A DNA stretch of 63,272 nt, filler included, from Folioceros fuciformis (GCA_049999805.1; 12 parts of 12 records of this genome joined end to end with filler, not necessarily neighbours in it), one strand, 5' to 3'; shown: positions 38,364 to 52,556, numbered from the whole stretch's first letter. Program-made: numbers and translations. The notes: a model not told the origin generated them from the letters alone.

Positions 38364-38880
38364 AGGTAGCCATGGAGGGACCTCCTTAAGGGTCCGCACA
38401 AGTCTTAATGGACTAATTGGAGCCGTTTGCTGGCTCTTGTTGCAGGGCCCTTCAGGAAAGGAGACCGTTGGCTCTTAGCTAGTGAGCAAGCTGAGCATAT
38501 GCCAAAATCTTCAACTCGGGTGAGTGATATGCCGTCAGCTGCTCTAGTCTTGAGCATGTTTCGCATCCGCTACACGTGCATGTGTCCCAATCTAGCGTGC
38601 CATAAGAAGGTTTGATTTTGTGAGTGGTTGTTGGTGTTTGCAACTAGGGATGATGGTGGTGCCCAGGGTATAGCTACATCTAGATGGTACNNNNNNNNNN
38701 NNNNNNNNNNNNNNNNNNNNNNNNNNNNNNNNNNNNNNNNNNNNNNNNNNNNNNNNNNNNNNNNNNNNNNNNNNNNNNNNNNNNNNNNNNCTAGGGATGA
38801 TGGTGGTGCCCAGGGTATAGCTACATCTAGATGGTACAAGTTGAAACGTGATGACAAGCAGGCCACTCAAGTCATCCGCC
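38364..38880 (-). mobile_element. Copia integrase (GAG-pre-integrase) fragment
   Basis: FLWHARLGH...ICSACSLAKS...LQLVH*DLCGP. Confidence 0.8.
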
Positions 38881-38889
38881 AAGGAACCA

Positions 38890-41800
38890 AAGCTACCACG
38901 AAATAGGTAGCATGAACCCTACAAAACACTCATGGTTGTAGCGAATACCCAGCTGATACGAAATAATTAAACAGATACTAATTAAATAGATAAATGCCAG
39001 TATATAGGATATCCAAATAACTAAAAATTGTTATACCAGTAGAATCCCAAGAAGTAGGGTAGTTAGTCGAGCAGGCACAACCTTCTTGGCACTGCTCACA
39101 CACATGTATTTGTAGCGAATCCGAACATGAAGAGAACGTCCATTTTCCTAAAGCTGGAATCCAGAGCTGCCCGGTAACATCTTTGGTAGTAGAGCCTATG
39201 AGCTAGCCACCCTTAGATCTAGGATCAAGGTGGGCAGCCAGGATCTAGAGGCCAAGTTCGGGAGCATCTAGAGGTGGTAGCAGCAGCTTCCCAGCAACCA
39301 TCACTAGCGACAGAGAACGGACCAACCAGGAGGAGGGCAGAAACCAGGAGGAGTCTTAAAAATTTCTCCACGAAAGGTAGCATGGACAATCGCGCCTTGA
39401 CCCTAGCAGAGGAACCAGCAATCTCCAGCACAAGCGAGGAAGAAGACCCATTCAAAGGAATTGGAGAGAGGGTGTGCCGCCGCGCACAACAGCACCTCCG
39501 CGATTCCTCAGGAGGCCATCTCCCCCTCGTTTCACCACCGGGGCCAGAAATCGCAGAAGTGCCGGCTCCCCAGGAGCGCCAGAGCTGGGAACACACTTGC
39601 CGCCTCCTGGCTCGAGAGGAGGTCGAGAATCGGTTGCAGAGGTGCATCAAAGCAATGGTGAGGCGTCTGCAGATGATGAGATATGAGCATTGGGAGCGCC
39701 AACGAGGTCGATCGAGTGGAGAAGCTCAAGGGGGAGAAGTATACCCGTTCAAACCAAAGCCCCAACTCGACAAGGAGTGACACCAGAAAATCAAGACCAC
39801 AACGTTCGACGGAAGTGCCAAAGATGCTCAAAGTGTGCATGATTGGTTGGACAAACTCAACAAGTACCTTGTAGCCTCTGACAAAGGCGATTTGCAAAAG
39901 ATCCCGTTCTACGTGATGTTGCTTGAAGGATATGCCTACCGTTGGTGGCACTAGAGAGAAAAACAGGTGGACCTCGGCATGGAACTGCCTGTGTACTCTT
40001 GGCCAGTCCTCAAGTAGCTCTTCTTGGAACAGTTCCTACCAGTGAATCATCGCAGAGACTTGTATCAACAATTCCAAAAGATATTCCAACAAGGTAGTGT
40101 ACAAGAGTACTGTGATAAGTTTCTCCAACTCACACTTGACATGCCCAGGCTGGATGAGGAGCAAAAGATCGAGAAATTCATCGATGGACTGAAATTCGAA
40201 ATGAGAGCGGATGTGAACCAAACGAACCTAGCAACTTTGGTCGAAGCGATGCGAGCAGCCATCAATTATGGTATGAACAAATACAAACATTTCTCTTCCG
40301 CAGGTCCCTCTAAGCCTAACAGGACAGCTAACCCGTCAGACAAGAAACCAACTTTCAAAATACTGACGGAGGAGGAGAAGAAGGGATACAGTGAGAAGAG
40401 GAAATGTTTCACTTGCATGGCACAAGACCACGGTTCAAAGAACTGCCCTTTCCGCAAGGACTTCATCAGCTGGTTGAGAGAAACTGGGAAGACCACCAGA
40501 GAGAGCCATCCAAACCCAAACCCTCCCAAGAGCGGACATGCCATCAACACAACCGAGGTCAGTACCCATGCCATAGCTGCAGTGATCTCAAGGAAGTCAA
40601 ATCTCCAAGAGGGTTACCTGACCCACGTGCCCATCAAACTAGAGGTTGGTCTAGAAGGTGCCCGAGCCACAGCCCTTCTAGACTCTGGTGCCAATCATCA
40701 TTATGTGTCGAGATCCGCTGATGAAAAGGTTGGCCTGCAGATCCGTACCTCAGGACATGTGTCCACAGTAGTGACAGTGTTGGGCGAGCATGAAACTAGC
40801 AAGGAAGAGTGGATTGATGCACTAGTCACCTTCCCAGGTGGTTTTGCAGAAGTCTTCAAGCTGACTGTAATGCCATCCTTGTGTCATGACATCATTATTG
40901 GTAAGCCCTGGCTGGCCAAGCATACCCACACATTAGACATAGACTAGTTGTCTAACATAGTGAGTCTTACAAAGGGGCACAAGACATACACCATGCAGGG
41001 TGAACAGTATACCCCCGACAAACAGTTGTTTGTAGTATCTACTTTCAATATAGCCATTGCCTCTGGCAGGTTCATGTACGTAGCTAAGCTGAAAAAAGTC
41101 TTACCCCTAGAAGGAACACCAGAGTCCAGAGCTGTAGAAGCCAAGGCTCATGAGGAACTCCTACCACCTACCACCCACCATGAAGTCACTACTACAGGAG
41201 TTCCAAGATGTGTTCACCGAACTAGCAAAACTCCCCCCTAGACGTCCTATCAACCATGCCATAGAGCTCCTACCACGCCATAAACCCATCAGTATCCAGC
41301 GATACCGTACGTCAGCCACTGAAAACGAGGAAATAAAAAAACAAGTAGGCGAACTTCTACAGAAAGGGTTTGTATGCCCTTCAGTTTCCCCCTTCGGAGC
41401 CCCAGTCCTTCTTGTTGGCAAACCAGATGGTGGTGGTTGGCGACTATGCATTGACTATCGAGGACTCAACCGGGCCACAGTCAGAAATGTCTATCAGATG
41501 CCGAGGATCGATGAGATCTTGGACCAATTTCACGGTGCAAAGTGGTTTACCAAGATTGATCTGAGATCCGGCTTCCACCAAATCACGATCAAGGAAGGGG
41601 ATGAGTCTAAAACCACCTTCCGCACAAGACATGGCCACTTCGAGTTCAGGGTCATGCCATTTGGCTTGACAAACGCACCTGCAACATTCCAATGTCTCAT
41701 GCAAGACATCTTACGACCATTGTTGGGGCACGGCGTAGAAGTTTTCCTCGACGACATCCTCATATACACACCTGACCTAGAAAAACATTACACCTTGGTC

Positions 41801-42739
41801 AGAAAGGTACTTGAGCTGCTACGTGCAAACAAGTTGTTGGCCAAAAGAAGTAAGTGTGACTTCATGAGGCAAGATTGTGAATACCTGGGCCACATCATTA
41901 GTGCAACATGTATCCGGGTAGATCCCCGCAAGGTCAAAGCCGTGGTGGACTGGCCCCTACCCCAGGATATCACACAACTACGTGGGTTCTTGGGCATGAC
42001 CAGATTTTACCACCGCTCCATCCAAAGTTTCAGTAAGATAGCTATTCCCCTAACGGATGCCCTCAGGCACTCAACCACCAAACCCTTACAATTGGGGCCA
42101 GCGGCCATCCAGGCATTTGAACAGCTCAAGCAAGCCCTTAGGTCGGCTCTCGTGCTAGCGGTGGCAGACCCCCAAGCCCCATACACCCTGCACACAGACG
42201 CATCAGATTTTGCTATGGGTGCAGTACTGTCACAATAGGGTCGAGCTATTGTCTACAAATCCAGGAAGTTGCAAGGGGCACAGTTGAATTACGCTATACA
42301 TGACAAAGAGATGTTGGCGATCACCCACGCTCTCAAGGTGTGGAGGCCTTACCTCTTAGGCCAGAAGGTGGTGTGTCACACAGACCACCACTCCTTGCAA
42401 CATTTCTTCTCACAACCCAACCTCAACTCCATACAGCGCAGGTGGGCCGAATACCTGGCGGATTTCGACCTCGAGATCAAGTATGTCACTGGGACTTCTA
42501 ATGTGGTCGCAGATGCCTTGAGCAAGAGAGCCTGCACACTCATGACCACACAATCCCAAACAGTGCAGTTAGTCCGGGATGGATTGCCTCAAGACCTATA
42601 GTTGTGGCAGCTGTATCAAAATCTCTTAGCAGATGCAGCAACAAGTATTCCCACAGCACTTACCCAACTCTATTCCCTCAAGGATGCCTGTGTTTACCGT
42701 AAGGGCCGGTTGGTCATCCCCTCCTAGCTCACTGCTGTC
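38890..42739 (+). mobile_element. Ty3/Gypsy (chromovirus-like) element: LTR end, PBS, gag, protease, RT, RNase H, integrase start; degenerate
   Basis: ...GGTAACA at 39179 then PBS-like TGGTAGTAGAGC at 39184. CFTCMAQDHGSKNC, ALLDSGA, WRLCIDYRGLN, VMPFGLTNAPATFQ, VFLDDILIY, LHTDASDFAMGAVL, NVVADALS. Frameshifts and stops present; left boundary approximate. Confidence 0.93.
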
Positions 42740-42839
42740 NNNNNNNNNNNNNNNNNNNNNNNNNNNNNNNNNNNNNNNNNNNNTTAATTAATTAANNNNN
42801 NNNNNNNNNNNNNNNNNNNNNNNNNNNNNNNNNNNNNNN

Positions 42840-43743
42840 CATGCAAACTGGTGAGAGATTACGTTCCTCTATGTCTCCAAGCACTCCTGCAGAAATAGAA
42901 GAAATGAAGGATATACCCTATAAAGGTGTTGTGGGCAGTATGCAACACTTGGATTAGAATACACGACTTGATGTTGCCTGTGCTTGTAATCACAGTGCTC
43001 AATTTCAAACTTCACCTAGGAAACCGCATTGGGTGGCTGTGAAACGAATTCTTCGATATCTTCAGAAGACAAAAACTACATGTATCACCAGAAGACAAAA
43101 ACTACATGTATCACTTATACTGGTGGTGAGGGTGCCCAACACAAGCTTCTAGGATGGACAGACTCAGATTGGGCCGGTGATCCGGACACCCGAAAGTCCA
43201 CATCAGGCTATGTTTTCACTCTCGATGGAGGTGCTATGAGTTGGAAGTATAAAAAGCAAGCTTGTGTTGCTCAAAGCTCAGCAGAATCTGAGTATATTGC
43301 TGCAGCTGTTGCCGCCAAGGAAGCCGTTTGGCTTGTTCAACTTCTACAAGATCTCGGGTATCTCATTCCGGTCCTGTTGAAATTAAGTGTGACAATCAAG
43401 CTGCTATCTCTCTTTCTCGAGATCAGTGATTTCACGATCGCTCTAAGCACATCCAATTGTGGTATCATTACTTACGAGAGAAGGTGGAATCTCAAGAGCT
43501 AAAATCCGACGTCAGATCAAGCGGCAGATATCCTTACCAAACCCGTGTCGTGCCCTGTACTCGAGCACTGCTGTGCAATACTGGGCTTATCCTCTATATC
43601 TTGAGTGCGCTCACCCTCTTAGGATTACGGGGGTGTGTAGATAGTGTCAGTTAGTTCTAACCCTAGTTGCTTAATCCTAGTTAGGGTTCACGAACTGTTG
43701 CGTGCTCCTTGAGCGTTAAGAACCTTTCTGCTGCTCTAAAACA
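42840..43743 (+). mobile_element. Ty1/Copia RT and RNase H end, PPT and short LTR
   Basis: HWVAVKRILRYL, GWTDSDWAGD, SSAESEY. A 25-bp duplication at 43063-43112 causes a frameshift. PPT GATTACGGGGG ends at 43633. Confidence 0.88.
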
Positions 43744-44989
43744 TAACAATTTTTCAATACAATTTCAGTATTCATTACTTCATGAAATACCATTTCATAG
43801 ATGCTGCGACCTTCCTCCCTGTTGTTGAACACGAACTCTCCGTTGGCCTAGTACTCGCGGAGATGATCATCGGCCCTCTCGGCGGATCGGGAGATGTTGT
43901 AACCCTCCTCCCAGTTGAGCTCCTGCTTCTGCTGGAACTTGGGAAGCTTGAAACGATCAACCAAAGACGATAGCCGATCCCTCTGATTGCCCAGCAACTC
44001 GTCCACTCTGGCCTCGTCCACATCCCAAGCCTTAGCCTCACCCTGAAACCTTGGAGAAGAGAGCCATACTTCTCTTCCTCCTCCCTTACGCGACCTCGGC
44101 GATCTTCACGCTCCCTTCGCCGCCGTTCCCATTCACGCTCACGCTCCCGTTCCTCCCGTTAATGTCGCTCGCGTTCCTCACGGTCATGCTCCTTAATTGA
44201 TCTCGCTGATGCAGATGTGTCGGCAAAGCCGAGAATGTGGAGCTCCTCACTGCCGCTGTGGTTCCACCATGAAGCTACTCCCTAAGGTCGGGCAACGACA
44301 TCGCCGCGCCTGATGCGACGGATTTTGGAGCTTTGAGCGTGGCGGCTCAGAATGCCCAAAACGCCCTTACCTACAAATCCAAGCGCCATCGACAGGAGAC
44401 AAACCTTTGAGTTGGACCTCAAATCAAGACATTCAAGAACGATCTGACCTTGGGCACGCACATTCACCATATAACTGTTTCCTCTCACGTTCTTCCACAT
44501 ACCCGACAGCCGCAGAATCATAATACTTGGGCAAGAACAGACCACGTTGCTTGGGCACGACCCGTGGCCATGGAGACCATCAATGCAGATCTGATATCCA
44601 CAGTCCCAGACAATGGTCTCCACATACAGAGTGCCGTGTGGTGAGAAACGCAGTGGCGGGTAGCCGCATTTGTACTCCCAAGAGCAGTGCGGATACACTA
44701 CTGTCAGATACACTACATGGACGACATCTCTTAGATACCGGACAATTTTCATTCTCAATCAAGAGCAACCCATGCAACTGAAGAGCCAATAATCCTTTGC
44801 TAATGTTCTTGTGGAGGAAACGTCTTGGCCCGAGAGTGACCTGGATGACGTCTCTCAGACACCGGACAACTTTCATTCCTCCATCAAGAGCAACCCAGAG
44901 CTAGTCCAAGACCAAAGAGCCGAAATGCAAAGATTCTCTCAGTTCTGAATACATTTGAGATTACAATTTTGGGTGCAGAACTTTAGGTA

Positions 44990-46570
44990 TGTTAGAAATC
45001 CATAGGGTTTTGTAACAACACATCTAGAATAGAATGCTGTATGTTGTAAGTATATCCCAGGATATATAGGATAATACCATGTTCAAGATATTGTTTATCC
45101 ATAACGAGATATTGTCAATGTTTGAAGGCTATATATGTATGTATATGCCATCAATCTAAATGTACTGAAACAGAGATTGATCTTGGAACTCACTGTTTTT
45201 AACATGGTATCAGCGCCCATGTTTTAGTCCCAAGTTCCTTGGTTTGGGAGCAGCCTGCATTGACTTGTGCAAGACTATCTTTGCTCCCTTTGTGTTGTGT
45301 ACATGGCCATGCAGACTATATGTCTGTTATAAGACCTTGTGCAAGTAGGTGAAGCTTGGCGTTAGTGCAGGGAAGTCATCCTGTTCAGCCGCAAAGGACG
45401 TGAACATGGAGACATCTTCTCGAATCTCGTGTGGTGGAGAAGTTTGGAGGGAAAAACTTCACCTTATGGAAGTTGAAGATGAAGATGCTTCTTATCAAGG
45501 AGGGAGTATGGAAGTTCATTGACAAGGGTCTCGATGTTGCACCCACATAGAAAGACCTCGACAAAGATGAATGAGCGTTGGCAACAATCTTGTTGAATGT
45601 CTCAGATGATGTTCTCTCTCAATTGAGCGAATGTGCAATGTCACAAGAAGCTTGGATCACACTCTGCAATACATACGAAAAGAAAAATATGGTAAGTTTG
45701 ATGTTGTTGGAACAACAACTTGCGCACTTCATGATGGCCCAAGGCGACACCATCCAGCAACATGTCAACAAGCTAAAGAGCTTAGTGGACCAAATGAAGG
45801 CGATGGACATCAAATCGACCGAGGAAAGGATCCTCGTGGTGTTGTTGTGTAGCTTACCACCAACCTACAAGCCATTTGTGTCGGCCTTCAGGAGAACGGT
45901 CGCAATGCAATCAAGCGACAAATTGCCATCGTTGGATGAGGTGGTCGTATTGCTTTTGCAGGAGGAATTGGAGTTTTCAAATAAGAAAGAGAAGACTGAT
46001 GACGCCGTCCTTTTTGCCAAGAAAGGCAAAGCAAAGGCAAAGTTCAAGTCTAAGGATGAGAAGAAGGATGGTACAAGCCGTACGATGAAAGGATCTTGCT
46101 ATTATCGTAGGAAGCCAAGTCATCATGCCAAAGAATGTAGAACCTGGTTGGCAGACGAGTCGAAGAAGGAGAAATCCTCTCAAGCCAATCAAGTGAGTCA
46201 GCAACCTCAACAGGAACAATCTTTCGTGGCTAGCGATGGAGCTACTTCATCGACAAAGGATGAGAATCTTTACCTTGACTCTGGTGCATCTCAGCACTTC
46301 AGTTACAACCTTCCAGGGTTTATTGGCTACACTAGACTCTCAAAGGGCCATATAATGGCACTCGGTGACAATACGTCACATGATATTGAGGGGAAAGGAG
46401 TCTTACACATTCAGTTGCAAGGCGATAACCCCGCACGTATTGAGAATGTGCATCATGTACCTAATCTCACGACGAGTCGAAGATGGAGAAATCCTCTCAA
46501 TCCAATCAAGTGAGTCATCAACCTCAACAGGAACAATCTTTCGTGGCTAGCGATGGAGCTACTTCATCGA
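44990..46570 (+). mobile_element. Ty1/Copia 5' LTR, PBS, gag and protease
   Basis: LTR TGTTAG...TTAACA at 44990-45204; PBS TGGTATCAGCGC at 45205-45216. ORF 45578-46513 has LLCSLPPTY and YLDSGASQH. Sequence 46154-46253 recurs at 46471-46570. Confidence 0.9.
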
Positions 46571-46832
46571 NNNNNNNNNNNNNNNNNNNNNNNNNNNNNN
46601 NNNNNNNNNNNNNNTTAATTAATTAANNNNNNNNNNNNNNNNNNNNNNNNNNNNNNNNNNNNNNNNNNNNTTGCTCCTATTCCTGCCATGGTACCAACTA
46701 CACTCGACTATCTCAGAATTCAGTTGAACTGCATCGAGTCGCAGCTCGAGGCCCTACACATCGCGATTAGCCGCATGCCTGCCCACAGGCAATCATGAGT
46801 CAGGCAAGCCCTTTCTTGATCCTCAACATTCT

Positions 46833-49800
46833 ATGCCCAAATTTGACCCACTTTCTTCACACACCTTCAAACTCCCTCCTCAGAAACTTGTCAGTGCACC
46901 CATGGCAAATCCTGCCCCTAATCCTATCTCCACGGTAATTAACACTACCAAGGTAGAATTCAGGGACCGTGATCGCTTCACAGGAAGCGATTACGACATA
47001 TGGCACATTCGAATTACTGCCCTACTAGAGGAACACGATTTGATGTCAGTCACAAACGGGACTTTGCCACGGCCTTCCCTCACTTCTTCCACACCAGCTA
47101 CCCTTGACCAGATAGCCACATGGGACAAGAAAGACAAGAGGGCCTGCAATATTCTAATATCTGCGATTGACAAGACAATGCTGCAACACACCCAAGGTCA
47201 GGCGACCTCACATGATGTTTGGAAAGCATTCAACGATATGTTCTGGGCACAGAGTTCGATGTCCCTTATCAACGCCACAAGACAGTTTTACTCACTCAAG
47301 ATGAAGGACAGTGATAGCGTTGAACAACACGTAAACGCTTTTCGGTCCCTAAGAGCGAAGCTCTCCAATAGCGGCACCGTCATCACCGAGCTTCAGGCAG
47401 CAGTCGCACTTCTAACCTCTCTGCCTGCATCATACAGGAATTTCGTTAGCTCACAAAACGCTGCACTGAGGCAAGCCATCCAAGTAGCAGGGGCGAACGC
47501 ACCACCAGCTTACACTTTCTCCGACGTAGTAGCAGCACTACTCGAGGAAGAATCCAGCAGAGTTGGCATCACTCGTAGCAACTCTGGAATCAGCCATGCC
47601 CTCTTCGTATCTCGAGGAAGAGGCAACAGGCGCGGTGGCGGACGAGGAGGTTTCTCCAACAGAAGAGGCCAGCCTCCCATGAATTCCTCAGCTCCTTCGA
47701 ACAGACATTTTCAGCAGAGCAAACAACCCGACAGACGCATCAGTAAGGGAGCATGCAACTGGTGCAAGATTCTTGGGCACCATGAGCATGAATGCCGCAA
47801 GAAACTCGCAGGAGAGCCTCGAAGGGACACACCACGTAATGAGTCTTACCTCACCACCACAGTCAAACCTTCATCACCAAATTCAATACTAGCAATGTGT
47901 TTGACACTCATCAGAACCAATACAAGTCGCTGGTTCTTAGATTCCGGAGCCACAACTCACATATGTAGTTGCCGAGATATGTTTACCTCTTATCACATAG
48001 TCCTCTCAGATCAGCATGTCCTCCTCGGGGACGACAGCTCTCTTCCCGTCTAGGGTTCAGGAGAGGTTCTACTCCGTCTGTCCACCGGCGAACTCTTGGT
48101 AATTAATGGCGTCCTCCACGTTCCCGCCATGACCAAGAACCTGTTGTCAGTTCGTAAGTTAGCCACAGAACATGATCTCATCATCACCTTTTCAGGAAAT
48201 CATTGCACCGTCCACCATAGTAAGGACCCCCATCAAGTCACCCTTGCTCACGGCCTTTTGTTCAATGACCTGTACCTTCTCAATATCCAGTCCACCTCAA
48301 TGCTAGTCGATAGTAACTCAACCACTACTCCAGATCAGTCCCTCCTCTGGCACTGCCGAGCAGGTCATATGAACCCCAGATATCTAAACATGCTTGCTAA
48401 TCCTGCAATGTACAAGGACCCCATTAAGCTCAAAGTCCACAAGGATTTCTTTTGCGAAGTCTGTCAGTATACCAAACTGAACCAGCTCCCTTTTAATGAT
48501 CCTTCTCCTACTCGAGCCAGACGCTTACTCGAGACAGTCCACTCGGATATCCGCGGGCCCATGAGTACTGAATCTTTCGGCGGCCATAGCTACTTTATTA
48601 CCTTTCTGGACGAATGGAGCCGATACTGTCATGTCTACTTCCTCAAGCACAAGGACGAAGCTCTCCCCAGCTTCCAAGACTTCCTCCTCTCTGCTGACCG
48701 CCAAACCGGTTTTCAGGTGGCAACCCTACGCAAAGACAACGGAGGCGAGTACATTAGTCATGCCTTCCAGGACTTCTGCAAATCCAAGGGCATTCAACGA
48801 CAGTATACGGTACCTTATACTCCAGCCCAGAACTCCTTTGCCGAGCGCTTGAATCGCTCCCTTCTAGAGATATCACGCTCTCTGCTTAAGCTTGCTGGAC
48901 TTACTAAAGGCTATTGGGCCGAAGCCATATCTACTTCCAACTATCTCAAGAACAGACTTCCCACAAAGGAGCTACCCAACGTCACACCTTTTGAGCGCTG
49001 GAGCGGCAACAAACCNNNNNNNNNNNNNNNNNNNNNNNNNNNNNNNNNNNNNNNNNNNNNNNNNNNNNNNNNNNNNNNNNNNNNNNNNNNNNNNNNNNNN
49101 NNNNNNNNNNNNNNNCTCATGTTGCCGCCGAATCTAGGCGCAAATGGGACGACAAGGGCCGCAAGTTGCTTTTCATAGGCTACTCTGACCAGATCAAGGC
49201 CTATCTCCTTTTTGATCCTCATTCCCGTGAGGTAATCCACTCCCGCAGCGTTCACTTCAATGAATCCCATTTGCTTACTGTCCTCCTTCATTATTCTGTC
49301 ACTTCTACTCCTCTTCCGGCACCTAGCATTTTCGGTCACTCTGCCACTGTTCCCCCTCTTGAGCTTGAGGGGGCCACCACTTATGATAGCGAGAGCTACC
49401 TTAATCAACCTCAAGAGGTCCTCCAGCCGCAGGTCACATCCCAACTCACGCAGCCTACACCCCAACTTCCACAGGCTGTGCCACAACCAACACCAATAAC
49501 TCAGATAGCACAACCTGACCAACCAGCCTCACCTGATCCCCTAGAAGCTTTAAGAAGATCTTCCAGACACAAACCTCCGAGAGCCGAGTGGAATGAACCG
49601 CCTTACGTTCCTGGAGACACACTTGTCAGTCGTACATTACCAAAGGAAAAGTTAACACCCCAGCCTCTTTCAGATTCTCTGGACGAAGCTGCACATCAGG
49701 CCCTATCAGCCATTGAGATGCAGGGGGTACCTCTTTCCATCGAGGAAGCCCTCACTTCCCCTGAATGGACAGCTGCCGTCCAGTCGGAGTACGACTCCCT

Positions 49801-50862
49801 CATAAGCAATAAGACCTGGAAATTGGTGAGTTTACCAGAGGGAAGAAAACCGATTTCATGCAAATGGACTTTCAGAAGTAAGCTGAACCCCGATGGAACA
49901 GTAGCAAGGCATAAGGCGAGATTGGTGGCACGTGGTTTCACTCAAGTCCCCGGATTCGACTACGAAGAAAACAGGCTTTTTAGTCCAGTGGTGAAGTCAA
50001 CCTCAATCAGAATCCTTCTAGCTTTCGCTGCACATCATCATCTGCAAATACACCAAGTCGACGTCAAAACCGCCTTTTTATATGGTACTCTGAGCGAAGA
50101 CATATATGTGATGCAACCACCTGGGTTCGTGAAGGACCCACTCAAGGTATGCAAACTGCTCAAGTCAATCTACGGACTCAAGCAATCCGCTCAGGTATGG
50201 AATGAGACTGTCGACCTGTACCTGAAGAAGTGTGGTTTCTCGCCACTCACTTCCGATCCCAGCGTGTATGTGCTCAAGGAAACTGGTAGGTTAGTCGTCA
50301 TTACCTTGTACGTGGACGACAACTTCATCTTTGGTGATAGCTTAGCATCTGTACAATATGCGAAGGATCTGCTGTCAAAGGAGTACGACGTTGTTGACAT
50401 GGGCCCCTTGCGCTATGCTTTGGGTGTTCAGTTTGAAAGTAACCCTGCAGATAGCTCCTTCTTCATACATCAGCAACACTACGTCGATCAGTTACTTGAG
50501 AGATTCAAGCTCAAGGACGTTAAACCGGTATCTACACCCATAGCCACAGGAGAGAAAATATCGGCGGAAGACTGCCCGAGCACACCTGAGGAGACTAGAG
50601 AAATGCAACAAGTACCCTACAGCGAGGCAGTCGGAAGTTTACTCTACCTGTCCATATGGATGAGGCCAGACATATCTCAGGCAGTGAACATAGCCTCGAG
50701 ATACCTGTCTAACCCAGGAAGAGCACACTGGACCTACGTAAAACGAATCTTCCGATACCTGAAGGGAACCAAATCCCTCGGCTTGCTATACAGAGGTATT
50801 TCCATCAGGCTGACACTCAAATCTTACTCTGACGCGGACTGGGCAGGTGATCCGGACGCCAG
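46833..50862 (+). mobile_element. Near-intact Ty1/Copia gag-pol (one visible in-frame TAG; truncated by linker)
   Basis: KVEFRDRDRFTG, CNWCKILGHHEHEC, WFLDSGATTH, TAG at 48051-48053, LWHCRAGH, DNGGEY, RHKARLVARGF, LYVDDNFIFG, YSDADWAGD. Gap at 49016-49115. Confidence 0.95.
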
Positions 50863-50962
50863 NNNNNNNNNNNNNNNNNNNNNNNNNNNNNNNNNNNNNN
50901 NNNNNNTTAATTAATTAANNNNNNNNNNNNNNNNNNNNNNNNNNNNNNNNNNNNNNNNNNNN

Positions 50963-52556
50963 CCCCCTTCCCCCCCCCCCAGCATCAAGCCAGTATGACC
51001 ATGTAGTGTAGCCAGGGAATGGGAGATGAACAGCATCTGCAGCACAAGTGTGGGAGAAATGGGGGACATGAGGAGGACCTATGCGAGACATGAGTTGAAA
51101 GGCCAAGCAGATGTTGACCAGCCATGTCACTGCATGAAGATCCATAGCACAGCCCAAGGTTGACCACCGCTGCTAAACTGTGACTTGATGTGCTGCTGTA
51201 GAATGAGTGTGAAAACCCATCACTCGCTCCCGTTCCTCCACATTGGGTTCCTCCCANNNNNNNNNNNNNNNNNNNNNNNNNNNNNNNNNNNNNNNNNNNN
51301 NNNNNNNNNNNNNNNNNNNNNNNNNNNNNNNNNNNNNNNNNNNNNNNNNNNNNNNNGTGTGTCAGTGTTCAACAGCATGCCAGCTCCCTACCCTCTATAT
51401 GCATGAGAGCTGGGATAGCTCACCAATGTAGGAAGGGTGCTGCGTGGTTGTCCTGGGACGTTGGTGCTGTACCAGGGCTTCCTCTTAGCAGCACGAACAG
51501 GTCGGGGCTGGTGATTGCTGTCTAGGACTGTGACCAAGCTCAAGGATGGGTCCCGAGTGGTACCAGCCAACACCAATTCTAGCAAGGGTTGGGGTGCAAG
51601 GTTGGTCCAAAAATTACGCAAGCAATATGCGTAATTACCCACCTGTACAGCATCAAGTAACAAAGGAACTCCCACATGCTACTGGATCAAGCCATGTCCT
51701 GTCGAACCTGTAGTCAAGAATCCAGCTAGGCTGGAGTGTTCTCCAAAATGTAAGCACAAGTAGGGTTGCGGGCCTAACTCCACACCAAGATGCGTCGTAG
51801 ATCCCAAAAAAGAGCAGAGCGCGTATCTTGCAAGCCTACTCCAATGCCAGCTGAGGAAAACCCTTGGCATTCCCAACCAGCCACAACGATGTTTATGGGT
51901 GGTAGGCGCTGAATGTGTCCAACCTGGATGTACTGGACATCCTGTGGAAGGGCTGTAAACATGGCAGCCGTGGCAATGAGTGGCAGCTGTGCTGGAAATT
52001 GGGATTGAAGTCCCTGAATTCAAAAAGCAGCTAGCGTCTTGGCTATGGGACACTTGTCACAATAAATGTATTGGGCCACAACCAGCCCATTCTGCAGCAT
52101 GGCTTCCAATCCAGTGCATAGGCCCCCAAACAGTTCCAGAACTATCAAGCCAGGTGCAGAGGGTGTCCATGCTATGATGGAGTGATTGACATCGCCAAGC
52201 GTTGGTTGCTCATCTGGTGCGGGAGGTGGCTGCATCCCTTGAAGGGCCAATTGCACATGTGAGGTGGCCACATGCAAGACGTCTGCAGATGGGTCACCCG
52301 TGTCATTTTCCAACAACACATCCCTCAAGCACGAGGTTGCTGCTAATGACTGTCTTGGCTGGTCCATCATTCCATCCTCATCATCAAGATTGGTATCCAG
52401 CCAAGTGTCCACCTGCCTGGTGTCAAGAATCAAGGTGCATGTAAGCACGAGTGGAGCAATCAAGGTGGCAGTTTCCACCTCACTAGCTCCATGGAGATCA
52501 AGAGGCAAGTAGGCCACCTGCTGACCTCCGTTCCTCCAATCAGGCCTATAGTAGGC
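50963..52556 (-). pseudogene. C5 cytosine DNA methyltransferase of the retrotransposon-borne type, degenerate
   Basis: Motifs in canonical order: I LELFGGLCTG (about 52125), IV VVAGWECQGFSSAG (about 51870), RSALFW, VI YILENT (about 51740), VIII-like LRNFWTN, IX EERERVMGF (about 51220), X LGCAMD (about 51145). No introns; several stops and a frameshift. Confidence 0.85.

Noticed and set aside
48051-48053. Programmed stop readthrough between gag and pol
   Set aside because: The TAG lies inside the protease, after DSG, where sibling elements have a sense codon. A point mutation is the simpler explanation.
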